The notes under the pieces are model-generated. The model did not search any database. It was not told the origin of the DNA and saw only the letters and a list, made by a program, of their open reading frames with translations. Shown in pieces: positions 38,237 to 47,808 of a stretch of 64,000 nt of DNA. Each line of letters opens with the position of its first letter. The stretch's first letter is position 1. The stretch is from an uncultured SAR86 cluster bacterium (lineage in GTDB: Bacteria; Pseudomonadota; Gammaproteobacteria; Magnimaribacterales; AG-339-G14): assembly GCA_902595715.1 (NCBI GenBank), contig CACJRI010000002.1, positions 53,449 through 117,448 of the forward strand. The letters are read 5' to 3'. A program made the position numbers and the translations under genes.

Positions 38237-39136
38237 TTATGTTTGGCTGAAATAGAACCTTCTCCAAAAACTAAGACCAACAAGTAAAGATATGATCCAT
38301 GCATATAGTTCAATGTAGTTTGGATTACTGTTGTAACCAAAAAAACCTTTCAAAAATGCTCCTATACTTCCGCTATCGTGCATGATGTGGGTGTACTTCC
38401 CTTTTCCTTTAACATCGTAAGAGTAAAAAATAGGATTGTCAGAAACTTCAAGTTCTTCTTTGGGAACCAAAATGTCCCAAGGTCTTTTTATTTCAGCTTT
38501 TTCCTCTAAACCAACCAAATGTAGATTGTCTGATTTAACCAAGTAACTTTCCACTTCGTGCGTGCCATAAGCGATCATTCCGGAGGCAAGAAATACCAAA
38601 AGCAAAGTCGTGTACTTAAAAAATTCTCTGATATTAAATCGGCGTCCTTGAATGATTAATAAATAAACTAGGAATAATGCAGCAATCATTCCACCGAAAA
38701 AGCCCAAATAAGAAAAGCTTTGTGTCATTGAGAAACTAGCCAATAAAAATACTACAGTTTCAAAGCCCTCTCTGATAATAGAAAAAAATACCAAGAAAAA
38801 TATTCCCCAGGAAGAACTCATTGCTACTGCGGAACTTTCTTCAAGTTGTTTTCTGTCACTCACATGCTTTGAAAGCCAAAAAATCACATACCATATAAAG
38901 CCGGCAGTAATGAACATAAAAATACCTTCAAAAAGCGCTTTAAGTGAGGTGTTTCCTAGGGCTTCTTGGGCTGAATAAATGAAGTATGCAACGATTACAC
39001 TTGAGATGATTGAAGCTAAAACAGCCAGCCATAACTTTTGAGTTGATGCATTATTACTTGTTAAAAAAAGATAGATGATTCCAACAATTAAAGCTGCTTC
39101 TAAGGTTTCTCTGAAGAGAATAATAAATTCATTCAT
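38237..39136 (-). CDS. FTR1/EfeU-family high-affinity iron permease
   Basis: Two REXXE motifs in hydrophobic helices (FRETLEAAL and IREGFETVVFL); multi-TM; 299 aa. Confidence 0.8.
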   Translation of the reverse strand: MNEFIILFRETLEAALIVGIIYLFLTSNNASTQKLWLAVLASIISSVIVAYFIYSAQEALGNTSLKALFEGIFMFITAGFIWYVIFWLSKHVSDRKQLEESSAVAMSSSWGIFFLVFFSIIREGFETVVFLLASFSMTQSFSYLGFFGGMIAALFLVYLLIIQGRRFNIREFFKYTTLLLVFLASGMIAYGTHEVESYLVKSDNLHLVGLEEKAEIKRPWDILVPKEELEVSDNPIFYSYDVKGKGKYTHIMHDSGSIGAFLKGFFGYNSNPNYIELYAWIISLLVGLSFWRRFYFSQT

Positions 39137-39191
39137 GTTGAGTTTTTTTACATAATTTTTTAAAACTTAGATTATATGAAGTTTTATATAT

Positions 39192-39213
39192 AAATGATAC
39201 TCATTCTCATTTA
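39192..39213. promoter_or_regulatory. Fur-box-like site in the divergent FTR1 / TonB-receptor promoter region
   Basis: AAATGATACTCATTCTCATTTA: the core AATGATAcTCATTcTCATT differs at 2 positions from AATGATAATCATTATCATT. Confidence 0.55.
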
Positions 39214-39342
39214 TATTCTTATACGTTGTGGTGATATTTAGTCTTTGTAGATATCCATTTTTTTTAAGTAATTACTCGACTTAAAGCTAAAATTTAAGGT
39301 AGTATTCACACATAAATTTATAATTATCTCAGGGGGGGTAAA

Positions 39343-42300
39343 ATGTATAAAAAACTATTGCTTGCGGGAGCTATGTTCTCGCTTTTCTCTGGTTTGAGCA
39401 TGGCTCAAGATGAGGAAGTAACAGTGATAGGTTCCTTGATTAAAGGTACGCCTATCGATTCAGGATCTCCCATATCAACTTTCGATGCGGAATCTATTTC
39501 TGCTCAAGGAAATCTTAACATCGTAGAACTCGTTAAGATGGTTCCTGGAAGTTCTGGTATGGATGGAGAAACAAACCAATTCGGTTCAAATGGTGCTGAA
39601 GGTGTTTCGAACATAAACCTTAGAGGTTTAGGTACGCAAAGAACTTTGGTTTTAATTAATGGTAAAAGACAAGTAACGGTTCCAATTAGAAGTGGAGCTG
39701 GAAGATCTGTGAACCTTCACGATTTACCAATGGGTGCTCTTAGCAGAATAGAAATTCTAAAAGAGGGTGCTGCCGCGACTTATGGTTCGGATGCAATATC
39801 GGGTGTGGTTAATTTCATTACCGATTCTACTTTTGAAGGTTTAAGAGTGAACTTGGCAGCTAAAGGAATTCCTAATGCTGTTGATGAAGGAAGAGAATTC
39901 TCACTTACCTACGGAACTTTAGTTGGCGATACTAATTTTATGATGTCTCTAAGTCACCAATACAAACCTGAATTGGCTGCAAGAGATACTGATTATGCGA
40001 TTCAACCTTATGCAAATAATGACAAAGGTGGTTGGTCTACAATGGGTAATCCTCCAACTTTTGTATCTCCTGGTGGTGCACCTGCCAATGCGGCTTTAGG
40101 CCTTGGCGGATATTCATTGCTAGCTGACCCAGGATGTAACAATGCAGGTGGTTTTAATACTTCACTTGCTGCACTTGCAGGTGGTGTCTTTGGATCTCAA
40201 GTTGCAACTGGTCGTGAATACGGTGGTATTTGTAGATACCAATATACTTGGTTTGACAACGTCCAAGAAGAACAAGACAACACCCAGCTTTGGATGGAAT
40301 TCAATGGTGATATTGACGGTCATGATTTTCACGTAGAATTTGCTTACGGAAAAACTGATGTCCCTAACTGGGCTACTTCACCTTCTTACCCGCCAAACAA
40401 CCCTACTTCAAACACCATGCCTGACTTCAACCCAGGAATGGTTCAATTGTGTGCTGACTATGTGGACTTCTGTAATGACTTAAAAGATGCTAACTATGGT
40501 GGTGATGGCACAAACAGATCGCCTTACCATCAATTGAGAACTAGAGCCCTGGCTGCTGCTGGTAATCCAAATGGAAATTTCCGAGGCGCAGAAGTAGAGT
40601 CTAGAGAATACGATACTTACAGATTTGCCTTTAGTTTTGAAGGTGCTCTATCTGATACTGTTGATTACTCAACTAGCTTGAACTACTCAACTAGTGAAGG
40701 TTTGACAACTTCATCAGATACTCAACAAGGTAAGTTCCTAGCTGCCCTTTGGGGATACGGTGGACCTAGTTGTGATGCAGAAATTACTGCTCTTACAACT
40801 AGTGCTTCTGACTTAACTCCTCAATTCAAAGTTAAGTCTACTGGAGCTGCTATAGCTGCTAACACAGTTAAAGCTGCAACTAGACCTACCGGTTGTTTAT
40901 ACTTCAACCCAACGTCTAACGCTATTGCTCAAGGAAATCAGCCTAACCAAACAACTGGTGAAAGAGTGGCTGCAAACCCTGACTATAATGCTGCAACAGC
41001 TAATGATCCAGCATTGATTAGATGGTTAATTGATAAAAGACACACTGAGTCTACTTCAGAATTACTGACTCTTGACTTCATCGTTCAAGGTACTATGGGT
41101 GCTTTAGCAGGTGGTGATGCAGCTTGGGCATTTGGTTATGAACGTCGTGATTACAGCGTTGAAACTACCCTTCCTGCACTTCAAGTACTTCCTGCTGGAA
41201 ACTCAATGACGAATATTCATGACGGAAGTTTATATCCATGTGATATTCCTCAAAACAATGAGACAGAAGCTGGCAGAGCTGCTTGTGCTTCTAACCCTGT
41301 AGGATTATTCATGTTCTTGGCGCCAACTTTCCCAGAAAATAATGATCAAACTGTTGATTCATTATTCACGGAGTTTGCATTACCAATAACTGATACCTTT
41401 GACATGCAATTGGCTCTTCGTTATGAGGATTACGGTTCTGATGATTCTATTGACCCGAAATTGGTTATGAGATGGATGCCAATTGATTCTCTTACTTTGA
41501 GATTTACAGGACAATCTACTTTCAGAGCGCCTCATCCCGATGAGACTTCTGCAACAAGAGTTACTGCCCTGCAATACGTGAACCAAGCGGGAGCATTTAA
41601 AGCAGTAGATATTTCTGGAAACACTAACCTAGATCCAGAGCAAGCAACCACTTACAACTTTGGTTTCATTACTGACTTTGGTACTGATAGTTGGACCGCA
41701 ACTTTAGACTTTTACGAGTTTGATTTTGATAATCCAATCATCATCGAAAACCACCAACAGTTAATGAATGCCTATGCAGCTGGTGGAGCTGCTAAAGCTG
41801 CAGTTCAAAGTCAAATTTACAGTGGTACGCCTCTTGTCAACGACGGTTCTTTCGGAGCTGGTGCAGTTGGAAGAATTGCTGCTAACTTTGTAAACGGACC
41901 AAGAACAGTAACTAACGGTGTAGACCTATTCGTTGAATACGAAACCGACTACGCTGACGGAATAATGACTGCTGGTCTTGAAGCAAATTATGTAGCTAAA
42001 TACAGTGTAGATGCTTATTTCAAAGGTACTACTAAAGTTGCAGATGCATATGAGTGTGATGGTTTCTTTAATATCAACAATCCTTGCCGACCTATTCCTA
42101 CAATGAAAGGTAAGGCATTTGTTAATTACAGAACTGATGCTCATAACTTCTACGGTGCTATAAATTACATCTCTGCTTATGACGACAGAAGATCAAGCAA
42201 AGAAATTACAGCGCACACTACTGTAGATGCTACTTACACTTACACTTGGGATGACGCTTTTGACATCTCTTTATCAGTTTATAACTTAACTGACGAACAG

Positions 42301-42396
42301 CCCCCTTTCACTGTTTGGGAAATGAACTATGATGCTTATACTCATAGTCCATTAGGAAGATTTGTTAAAGCTGGTTTCACTTACCGTATGCAGTAA
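39343..42396 (+). CDS. large TonB-dependent outer-membrane receptor (1017 aa), substrate unknown
   Basis: Strong SD (GGGGGGG) 5 nt upstream. Signal peptide ...GLSMAQ. Plug motifs VTVIGS, NINLRGLG..RTLVLINGKR and EILKEGAAATYGSDAISGVVNF. Long beta-barrel with a C-terminal ..GRFVKAGFTYRMQ strand. Confidence 0.85.
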   Translation: MYKKLLLAGAMFSLFSGLSMAQDEEVTVIGSLIKGTPIDSGSPISTFDAESISAQGNLNIVELVKMVPGSSGMDGETNQFGSNGAEGVSNINLRGLGTQRTLVLINGKRQVTVPIRSGAGRSVNLHDLPMGALSRIEILKEGAAATYGSDAISGVVNFITDSTFEGLRVNLAAKGIPNAVDEGREFSLTYGTLVGDTNFMMSLSHQYKPELAARDTDYAIQPYANNDKGGWSTMGNPPTFVSPGGAPANAALGLGGYSLLADPGCNNAGGFNTSLAALAGGVFGSQVATGREYGGICRYQYTWFDNVQEEQDNTQLWMEFNGDIDGHDFHVEFAYGKTDVPNWATSPSYPPNNPTSNTMPDFNPGMVQLCADYVDFCNDLKDANYGGDGTNRSPYHQLRTRALAAAGNPNGNFRGAEVESREYDTYRFAFSFEGALSDTVDYSTSLNYSTSEGLTTSSDTQQGKFLAALWGYGGPSCDAEITALTTSASDLTPQFKVKSTGAAIAANTVKAATRPTGCLYFNPTSNAIAQGNQPNQTTGERVAANPDYNAATANDPALIRWLIDKRHTESTSELLTLDFIVQGTMGALAGGDAAWAFGYERRDYSVETTLPALQVLPAGNSMTNIHDGSLYPCDIPQNNETEAGRAACASNPVGLFMFLAPTFPENNDQTVDSLFTEFALPITDTFDMQLALRYEDYGSDDSIDPKLVMRWMPIDSLTLRFTGQSTFRAPHPDETSATRVTALQYVNQAGAFKAVDISGNTNLDPEQATTYNFGFITDFGTDSWTATLDFYEFDFDNPIIIENHQQLMNAYAAGGAAKAAVQSQIYSGTPLVNDGSFGAGAVGRIAANFVNGPRTVTNGVDLFVEYETDYADGIMTAGLEANYVAKYSVDAYFKGTTKVADAYECDGFFNINNPCRPIPTMKGKAFVNYRTDAHNFYGAINYISAYDDRRSSKEITAHTTVDATYTYTWDDAFDISLSVYNLTDEQPPFTVWEMNYDAYTHSPLGRFVKAGFTYRMQ

Positions 42397-42413
42397 GTCA
42401 GACTTAATAAGTC

Positions 42414-42447
42414 AAAAAAAAGACCTCTCTCTGAGAGGTCTTTTTTT
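42414..42447. terminator. bidirectional intrinsic terminator between the TonB receptor and tesA
   Basis: A-run, 9-bp stem AGACCTCTC / GAGAGGTCT (42421-42429 / 42433-42441), 3-nt loop, then a T-run. It is symmetric, so it can serve both convergent genes. Confidence 0.8.
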
Positions 42448-42460
42448 ATGTAAATTAAAC

Positions 42461-43093
42461 TTAAGGATTCTCAATAATTTTCGCTAAAGATTTTTGAACT
42501 TCTGAGGCGATAAGACTTTGCGCTTTTTGATTTGGATGAATGCCATCCAATTGCATGAGATCTTTGTTTAAAGCAATATTTTCAAGCATAAATTTAACCA
42601 ATGGAATATCGTGCTCAATAGACAGTTCTCGATAAATTTTTTCAAAAGCCTCAACATATCTCTTTCCATAATTTGGAGGTATTCGTATTTGCATCAATAT
42701 TGGTAATGAATCATTTTTTTTAATTAGTTCGATAGTAGTCGATAAATTCTTTTTTATTGAGTCTATTGGATATCCTCGCAGCGCGTCATTCCCTCCTAAC
42801 TCAATTAATATATAAGATGGATCGAACAAAAATAGATCTTTTTTTATTCTCCCTAAACCACCGATGGTCGTATCACCTGATACACTGGAATTAATTATCT
42901 TTATATCAAGATCTCTCGCAGTGTAATTTTTTTCTAGAAGCGTGACCCAATTATCTGCCTCTTTAATGCCATAGCCTGCTGAAATACTGTCTCCTAAAAT
43001 CAAAAGCGTCTTTGATTGCGCAGTGATAGAATAAGAAACAAGCAAAATAAAAATCAGTATTAGTTTTAATCTGTATTTTTCTAAAAAATTCAT
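42461..43093 (-). CDS. tesA: SGNH/GDSL arylesterase / acyl-CoA thioesterase I
   Basis: Signal peptide, then LILGDSISAGYG (block I), GGNDALRG (block III) and DGIHPN (block V). Divergent from the ybbA-ybbP-like genes, as in E. coli. Confidence 0.85.
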   Translation of the reverse strand: MNFLEKYRLKLILIFILLVSYSITAQSKTLLILGDSISAGYGIKEADNWVTLLEKNYTARDLDIKIINSSVSGDTTIGGLGRIKKDLFLFDPSYILIELGGNDALRGYPIDSIKKNLSTTIELIKKNDSLPILMQIRIPPNYGKRYVEAFEKIYRELSIEHDIPLVKFMLENIALNKDLMQLDGIHPNQKAQSLIASEVQKSLAKIIENP

Positions 43094-43096
43094 TTG

Positions 43097-43756
43097 ATGA
43101 TTATAGAAGCAAGAAATTTGTCAAAAAAAGTTATTTTCAATGATGAAGAAATAGTTATTCTAGATGATATCAATTTAAAAGTAAGTGCTTCTTCCTCATT
43201 AGCAGTTGTAGGTCCATCTGGATCAGGTAAATCAACTTTATTAGGAATATTAGCAGGCTTAGATTCGCCTTCATCTGGAGAGATATTTATCAATCAAAAA
43301 CCTCTGCATGACTTACCTGAAGAAGCTAGAGCAAAGATAAGAAAAGATTCAGTTGCTTTTGTTTTTCAAAACTTTGAACTTTTATCGGGCCTTAATGCTC
43401 TTGAAAATGTCATGCTTCCCTTGGAACTTAAGAATAAAAGAGACGCAAAAGAAATAGCGTTGAATTATCTTAATAAAGTTGGCATGGAAAATCGTCTCAT
43501 GCATTACCCTCAACAACTCTCAGGAGGAGAACAACAAAGAGTTGCTATTGCTAGAGCTTTCGCTTGCGAAGCTGAAGTTTTATTTTGCGATGAACCAACA
43601 GGAAATTTAGATTCCAGTAATAGTGAACTTATAGCCAATCTTATTTTTGATGCCTTTGAGCAATCTTCTAGTGCTTTAATCATCGTTACACATGATCTCG
43701 CCCTTGCAGATCGATGCGATCAAAAAATAGAACTTACTGATGGCAAAATTCTATGA
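43097..43756 (+). CDS. ybbA: ABC transporter ATP-binding protein (YbbA/LolD-like)
   Basis: GPSGSGKSTLL Walker A, LSGGEQQRVAIARA signature, LFCDEPTGNLD Walker B. Start is the ATG at 43097, or the TTG at 43094 directly abutting the tesA start. Confidence 0.9.
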   Translation: MIIEARNLSKKVIFNDEEIVILDDINLKVSASSSLAVVGPSGSGKSTLLGILAGLDSPSSGEIFINQKPLHDLPEEARAKIRKDSVAFVFQNFELLSGLNALENVMLPLELKNKRDAKEIALNYLNKVGMENRLMHYPQQLSGGEQQRVAIARAFACEAEVLFCDEPTGNLDSSNSELIANLIFDAFEQSSSALIIVTHDLALADRCDQKIELTDGKIL

Positions 43757-46191
43757 CGATTATTTCTTTAGCTTCAAAGATTTTTTTCAGAGAACTTAAA
43801 TCAGGTCAACTGCTTCTGATGTTTTTATCTCTATCTTTAGCGGTAGGTATTGTTGCCTCGATAACGTTTTTCACAGACCGCTTGGATAGTTCGCTGATGT
43901 TTGAATCCAAACAGTTTTTAGGAGGAGACCTTAAATTTGAATCAAGCACCCCTTTGGATGAATCAGTTTTTCCTGCGGGAGATTATTCTTATACGACAAT
44001 CTATGAATTTGGTTCGGTTCTAGGTTCTGACACAAACTTTCAACTTGCCTCAATTAAATCAGTTTCTTCTCCTTATCCTTTAGTAGGAGAAATAGAAATT
44101 CTAGATATCAATAGCAAAAAAATTATTAAAAAAAATCCACCAACGGGTGGAAAAGTTTGGCTTGATGCACGTTTGGCAAGTCTTCTAGAGGTAGTTGTTG
44201 GCGAAGTGGTTAATATCGGTGAGAAGGATTTTTCAGTAAGTGGAATCATTCTATCCGAATCTGACCGAGGAGCAGGATCTTTCGCTTTTGCTCCCAAAGC
44301 TATTATGAATTCAGTTGACCTTGAAGAAGCAAATGTTATTCAACCTGGTTCAAGAGTTAGATATTCCTATACTTTTATTAGCTCAATTGAAACCATCAAA
44401 ACATTAGAAACTTTTTTTCAATCAATAAAAAAGCCCGGTGATGACATAGAAACGCCTAACAATGAGGCAAGTCCATTGGGCAGAGCCATAAAAAGAGCGT
44501 CCAATTTTTTTCTTTTAGGTGCTTTACTTGCAATAATTTTATCGTCTTTGACTATAGCAATTTGTTCGTTGCAATTTATCAGACGACATGTGGATTATGT
44601 TGCTGTTTTTAAAGCCCTTGGGCTTGCTCCATCGCAAATAAGAAACACATATTTTTTGGTCTTTGGCTTGATAGCGTTATTTTCATTTTTAACTGGTATT
44701 TTAATTGGCTGGGTTGTTCAAATTTCATTTACAGAATTATTAAGAGATTACTTTCCTTCTAATTTGCCTCTGCCAGGTTTAGAGCCTTATCTGATCTCTT
44801 TTGTCACAGCATTTTTATGTTTGATTGGTTTTGCATATCCAATGTTAAAAAATCTTTTTGGTCTTGCGCCAAACGTTATCTTAAGAAAATCCAACCGTAA
44901 TTTGAATTATTTTGATTCCTCAATATATGTAATTGGTGGTTTATCTTCTTTTTATTTGTTACTTATTTTCTTTATCAAAGATTTTTTACTTACGAATATA
45001 ATTTATTTCTCAATCTTAGGATTTGCAGCAATTATATTCTCCTTAATATTTGGCGTATTTAAGTTCATCAAGCCATTGGGGTTAAATCCTCTCAAACCAT
45101 TCAAGATGCTTGCCTTTGAACTTAGCAGAAGAAGACTTTTTAATTCCATGCAAATAGTTGCCATGACAGTAGCTATTGCCTTGAGTTTGGTAGCTTATTC
45201 TGCTTCAACTAATTTAATTTCTGCTTGGGAGAACTCTCTTCCAGAAAATGCGCCTAATAACCTTCTTTTTAATATATATGAAGGAGAAAAAGATAATCTA
45301 ATTGACTTCTTAGGGCAAAATGAAATTGATTCTAATAAAATTTATCCTGTAACAAGTGCAAGATTCCAAAGGAAATCTTCTGGGAAAGAAATTGATAGAA
45401 CTTTTAATTTTACTTGGATGAGTGAGCTTCCAAGCGGAAACGAAATAATCGCTGGTAATTGGTTTGAGGATAAAGAAAATGGCATTTCAATATCAACCGA
45501 GATTTCAGAAGATTATGATTTAAGAATAAATGACGAAATTGTCATAGATATTGCAGGGGAGAAAATAGAAAGTTACATTCAAAGCATTAGAGAAGTCAAT
45601 TGGGAGAACTTCAGTCCTAATTTTTTTGCTATAGGCTTTCCAAAAAGCTTCCAAGATATTTCATCAACTTATATAACTTCTTTTCATGTTCCCAAGGAGA
45701 AAGAATCGCTTTCAGCAGAATTGATAAAAAACTTTCCGACAATTTCTCTGATTTCATTGGATGCAATAATTTCAGAAGTTCAATCTATAATCTCGAAAGT
45801 GTCTCAAGCATTAAAACTAATTCTTGGGCTGACTTTGATAGCCGGACTTTTTCTAATGCTTGCAACTATTCAAGAAAGTTTTAAACAAAGAGAAAAACAA
45901 AATGCGATTCTGAAAACTTTGGGTTTAAATAGAAGAGTTATGCAAAAAAATACTTTTCTTGAATTCTTAACAATTGGATTTTTTGCTGGATTACTTGGCA
46001 GTTTGTTAGCTGTGATATCAACCTTTTTTATTGAAAAAACTGTCTTTGAAATAAATCCCAAAATCTACTGGGACGTGATTTTAATTGGCGCAATAAGCTC
46101 GATATTGGTAATTGGGATCATTGCTGCGTTGTTTACTTTTTATTTAAATGCCAAGACACCAAAAGATGTTTTAAGAGGTGCAGATGCCTAA
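43753..46191 (+). CDS. ybbP: FtsX-like ABC transporter permease, duplicated (YbbP-like, 812 aa)
   Basis: Two repeats, each a large loop plus a 3-4 TM FtsX-type bundle. ATGA overlap with the ATPase gene. Confidence 0.8.
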   Translation: MTIISLASKIFFRELKSGQLLLMFLSLSLAVGIVASITFFTDRLDSSLMFESKQFLGGDLKFESSTPLDESVFPAGDYSYTTIYEFGSVLGSDTNFQLASIKSVSSPYPLVGEIEILDINSKKIIKKNPPTGGKVWLDARLASLLEVVVGEVVNIGEKDFSVSGIILSESDRGAGSFAFAPKAIMNSVDLEEANVIQPGSRVRYSYTFISSIETIKTLETFFQSIKKPGDDIETPNNEASPLGRAIKRASNFFLLGALLAIILSSLTIAICSLQFIRRHVDYVAVFKALGLAPSQIRNTYFLVFGLIALFSFLTGILIGWVVQISFTELLRDYFPSNLPLPGLEPYLISFVTAFLCLIGFAYPMLKNLFGLAPNVILRKSNRNLNYFDSSIYVIGGLSSFYLLLIFFIKDFLLTNIIYFSILGFAAIIFSLIFGVFKFIKPLGLNPLKPFKMLAFELSRRRLFNSMQIVAMTVAIALSLVAYSASTNLISAWENSLPENAPNNLLFNIYEGEKDNLIDFLGQNEIDSNKIYPVTSARFQRKSSGKEIDRTFNFTWMSELPSGNEIIAGNWFEDKENGISISTEISEDYDLRINDEIVIDIAGEKIESYIQSIREVNWENFSPNFFAIGFPKSFQDISSTYITSFHVPKEKESLSAELIKNFPTISLISLDAIISEVQSIISKVSQALKLILGLTLIAGLFLMLATIQESFKQREKQNAILKTLGLNRRVMQKNTFLEFLTIGFFAGLLGSLLAVISTFFIEKTVFEINPKIYWDVILIGAISSILVIGIIAALFTFYLNAKTPKDVLRGADA

Positions 46192-46885
46192 TTCAAGAAA
46201 TATCATTGCAATTGGCGGGGGTGGTTTTGGCGCAAATCCTGGACAAGGCTTAATTGAAAATTATATTTTGAAACAAACCAGAAAGAAAAATCCAAGAATT
46301 TGTTTTATTCCAACTGCGACAGGAGATAATGAGGCTTATAAAGTTAATTTTTACTCTACGTTCACAAACTTAAACTGCCACCCTTCTCATTTAGACTTCT
46401 TTAAAAGAACTCCAGACTTAAATGAATTAATTCTCAATCAGGATGCCATCTTTGTTGGTGGAGGAAATACTAAAAGCATGTTGGCTGTTTGGAAAGAATG
46501 GGGGTTAGATAAAATTCTAAAAAAAGCCTATCTACGTGGCACAGTCATGAGTGGTGTCAGTGCAGGAGCGATATGTTGGTTTCAAAACGGTATAACTGAC
46601 TCTTGGGCATCAAATCTAAAAATGATGCCATGCCTTAACTTTGTTAAAGGTACCTGTTGCCCTCACTACGATGAAGAACCAGAGCGAAAACCAGCCGTAA
46701 AAAACTTTCTACTTAGAAGTAAGATCAAAAATGTCTATGCGGTTGATGGTGGAGCAGCACTACATATTAAGGATGAAAAAATTTTTAGATCTGTAATTTT
46801 TAAAAAAAATAAGAGTAGCTATCTAGTTGACATAAAGAAAAAAAGTATAAATGAGAAAAGTTTTAAAAAAACAATTCTTATTTAG
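46178..46885 (+). CDS. S51-family peptidase (dipeptidase E-like)
   Basis: IAIGGGGF, FVGGGNT and the nucleophile context MSGVSAGAICW. Confidence 0.75.
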   Translation: MQMPNSRNIIAIGGGGFGANPGQGLIENYILKQTRKKNPRICFIPTATGDNEAYKVNFYSTFTNLNCHPSHLDFFKRTPDLNELILNQDAIFVGGGNTKSMLAVWKEWGLDKILKKAYLRGTVMSGVSAGAICWFQNGITDSWASNLKMMPCLNFVKGTCCPHYDEEPERKPAVKNFLLRSKIKNVYAVDGGAALHIKDEKIFRSVIFKKNKSSYLVDIKKKSINEKSFKKTILI

Positions 46886-46929
46886 TAAGAATGATTTGAT
46901 TTTTAATTATAAATTTTGAAATTTAAAAT

Positions 46930-47217
46930 ATGAAAAAAGGTTATTGGATTGCTAAAGCTAATGTCATTTTTCCAGAAAAACAGCAAGCTTATGGGAAATT
47001 AGCTGAGGAAGTCTTGAAAAAATATAATGGAAAATTTATTGTTCGAGGCGGCCTTCAGGAAACAAAAGAAGGAGAAGATTATATGAGAAATGTAGTAGTT
47101 GAATTTCCTTCTTATGAAATTGCCCTTAAAGCTTACGAAAGCAAAGAATATCAAGCTGCTTTGAAGGTTTTAGATGGAGGAGCAAAAAGGCTTTATGCTG
47201 TTGTAGAGGGATATTAA
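46930..47217 (+). CDS. DUF1330-like small alpha/beta-barrel protein
   Basis: 95 aa. The Y.I....V.....Y..YA......KY.GKF.VRGG......EG......VVVEFPS...A...Y.S.EYQ pattern is typical of DUF1330. Confidence 0.7.
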   Translation: MKKGYWIAKANVIFPEKQQAYGKLAEEVLKKYNGKFIVRGGLQETKEGEDYMRNVVVEFPSYEIALKAYESKEYQAALKVLDGGAKRLYAVVEGY

Positions 47218-47228
47218 TACTTAATATT

Positions 47229-47387
47229 ATGTTTTACTTTCTTCTTATTGCTTGGTTAATGGCATCATATATGGCCTTATTTTCTTCTAGAATGAAAGAC
47301 AGTCCTCTAAAACCCTATGGATGGTCGATATGGTTTATCGTTACAGTCATAGTTTTAGGGAGTTTGATAAGTGAGACACTAAGATAA
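47229..47387 (+). CDS. possible 52-aa two-helix membrane protein
   Basis: Not in the track. Hand translation gives MFYFLLIAWLMASYMALFSSRMKDSPLKPYGWSIWFIVTVIVLGSLISETLR, two hydrophobic stretches. It fills an otherwise empty 173-nt spacer and stops 3 nt before the next ATG. Confidence 0.4.
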   Translation: MFYFLLIAWLMASYMALFSSRMKDSPLKPYGWSIWFIVTVIVLGSLISETLR

Positions 47388-47390
47388 AAT

Positions 47391-47801
47391 ATGCAAAATA
47401 AAGAAAGATTAAAAAAATTTTCTGAGGAATTCTTTGGTAAATCCATGGAGTTCTTGAGTCTAAAGTATATTGAGACCAAAGAAGAAGAAATGGTCTTTAC
47501 ATGCAACTTTAAAAAAGAATGTTCTAACCCAATGGGATTTGTTCAAGGAGGCATGATAACAGCGGCATTAGATGACGCAACTTCAGCTGCAATGATTTCT
47601 GGTTACGAGGAAAAAAAAGCACCCATGACAACAGATTTGCATGTCTTATTTCATAGACCTTTGCCAATAGGCCCAGCGACAATGAAAGTTAAAATTATAA
47701 AGCTGGGAAGAAGTAGCGCCACTTCTGAAGGCAGAATTTATAATGAAGAAGGTAAGTTAGTCGCAACTCTTCTTCATACTGCTCAACCAGTAGATAGATA
47801 A
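47391..47801 (+). CDS. PaaI-family hotdog-fold thioesterase
   Basis: 136 aa. NPMGFVQGGMITAALDDA motif (the G.VHGG....L.D pattern of PaaI/4HBT class II). Confidence 0.75.
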   Translation: MQNKERLKKFSEEFFGKSMEFLSLKYIETKEEEMVFTCNFKKECSNPMGFVQGGMITAALDDATSAAMISGYEEKKAPMTTDLHVLFHRPLPIGPATMKVKIIKLGRSSATSEGRIYNEEGKLVATLLHTAQPVDR

Positions 47802-47808
47802 AAAATAT

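Noticed and set aside
39137-39342. A cobalamin or other riboswitch in the 206-nt leader of the 1017-aa TonB receptor.
   Set aside because: The spacer is uniformly AT-rich, with no GC-rich conserved core (no B12-box-like element) and no extended pairing. A Fur-type palindrome plus promoter explains it better.
43090-43097. tesA and the ABC ATPase gene start back to back with essentially no intergenic DNA, which might be a novel embedded bidirectional promoter.
   Set aside because: As far as I recall, the divergent, abutting or overlapping tesA/ybbA arrangement is already conserved in E. coli. It is therefore an inherited feature rather than something new.
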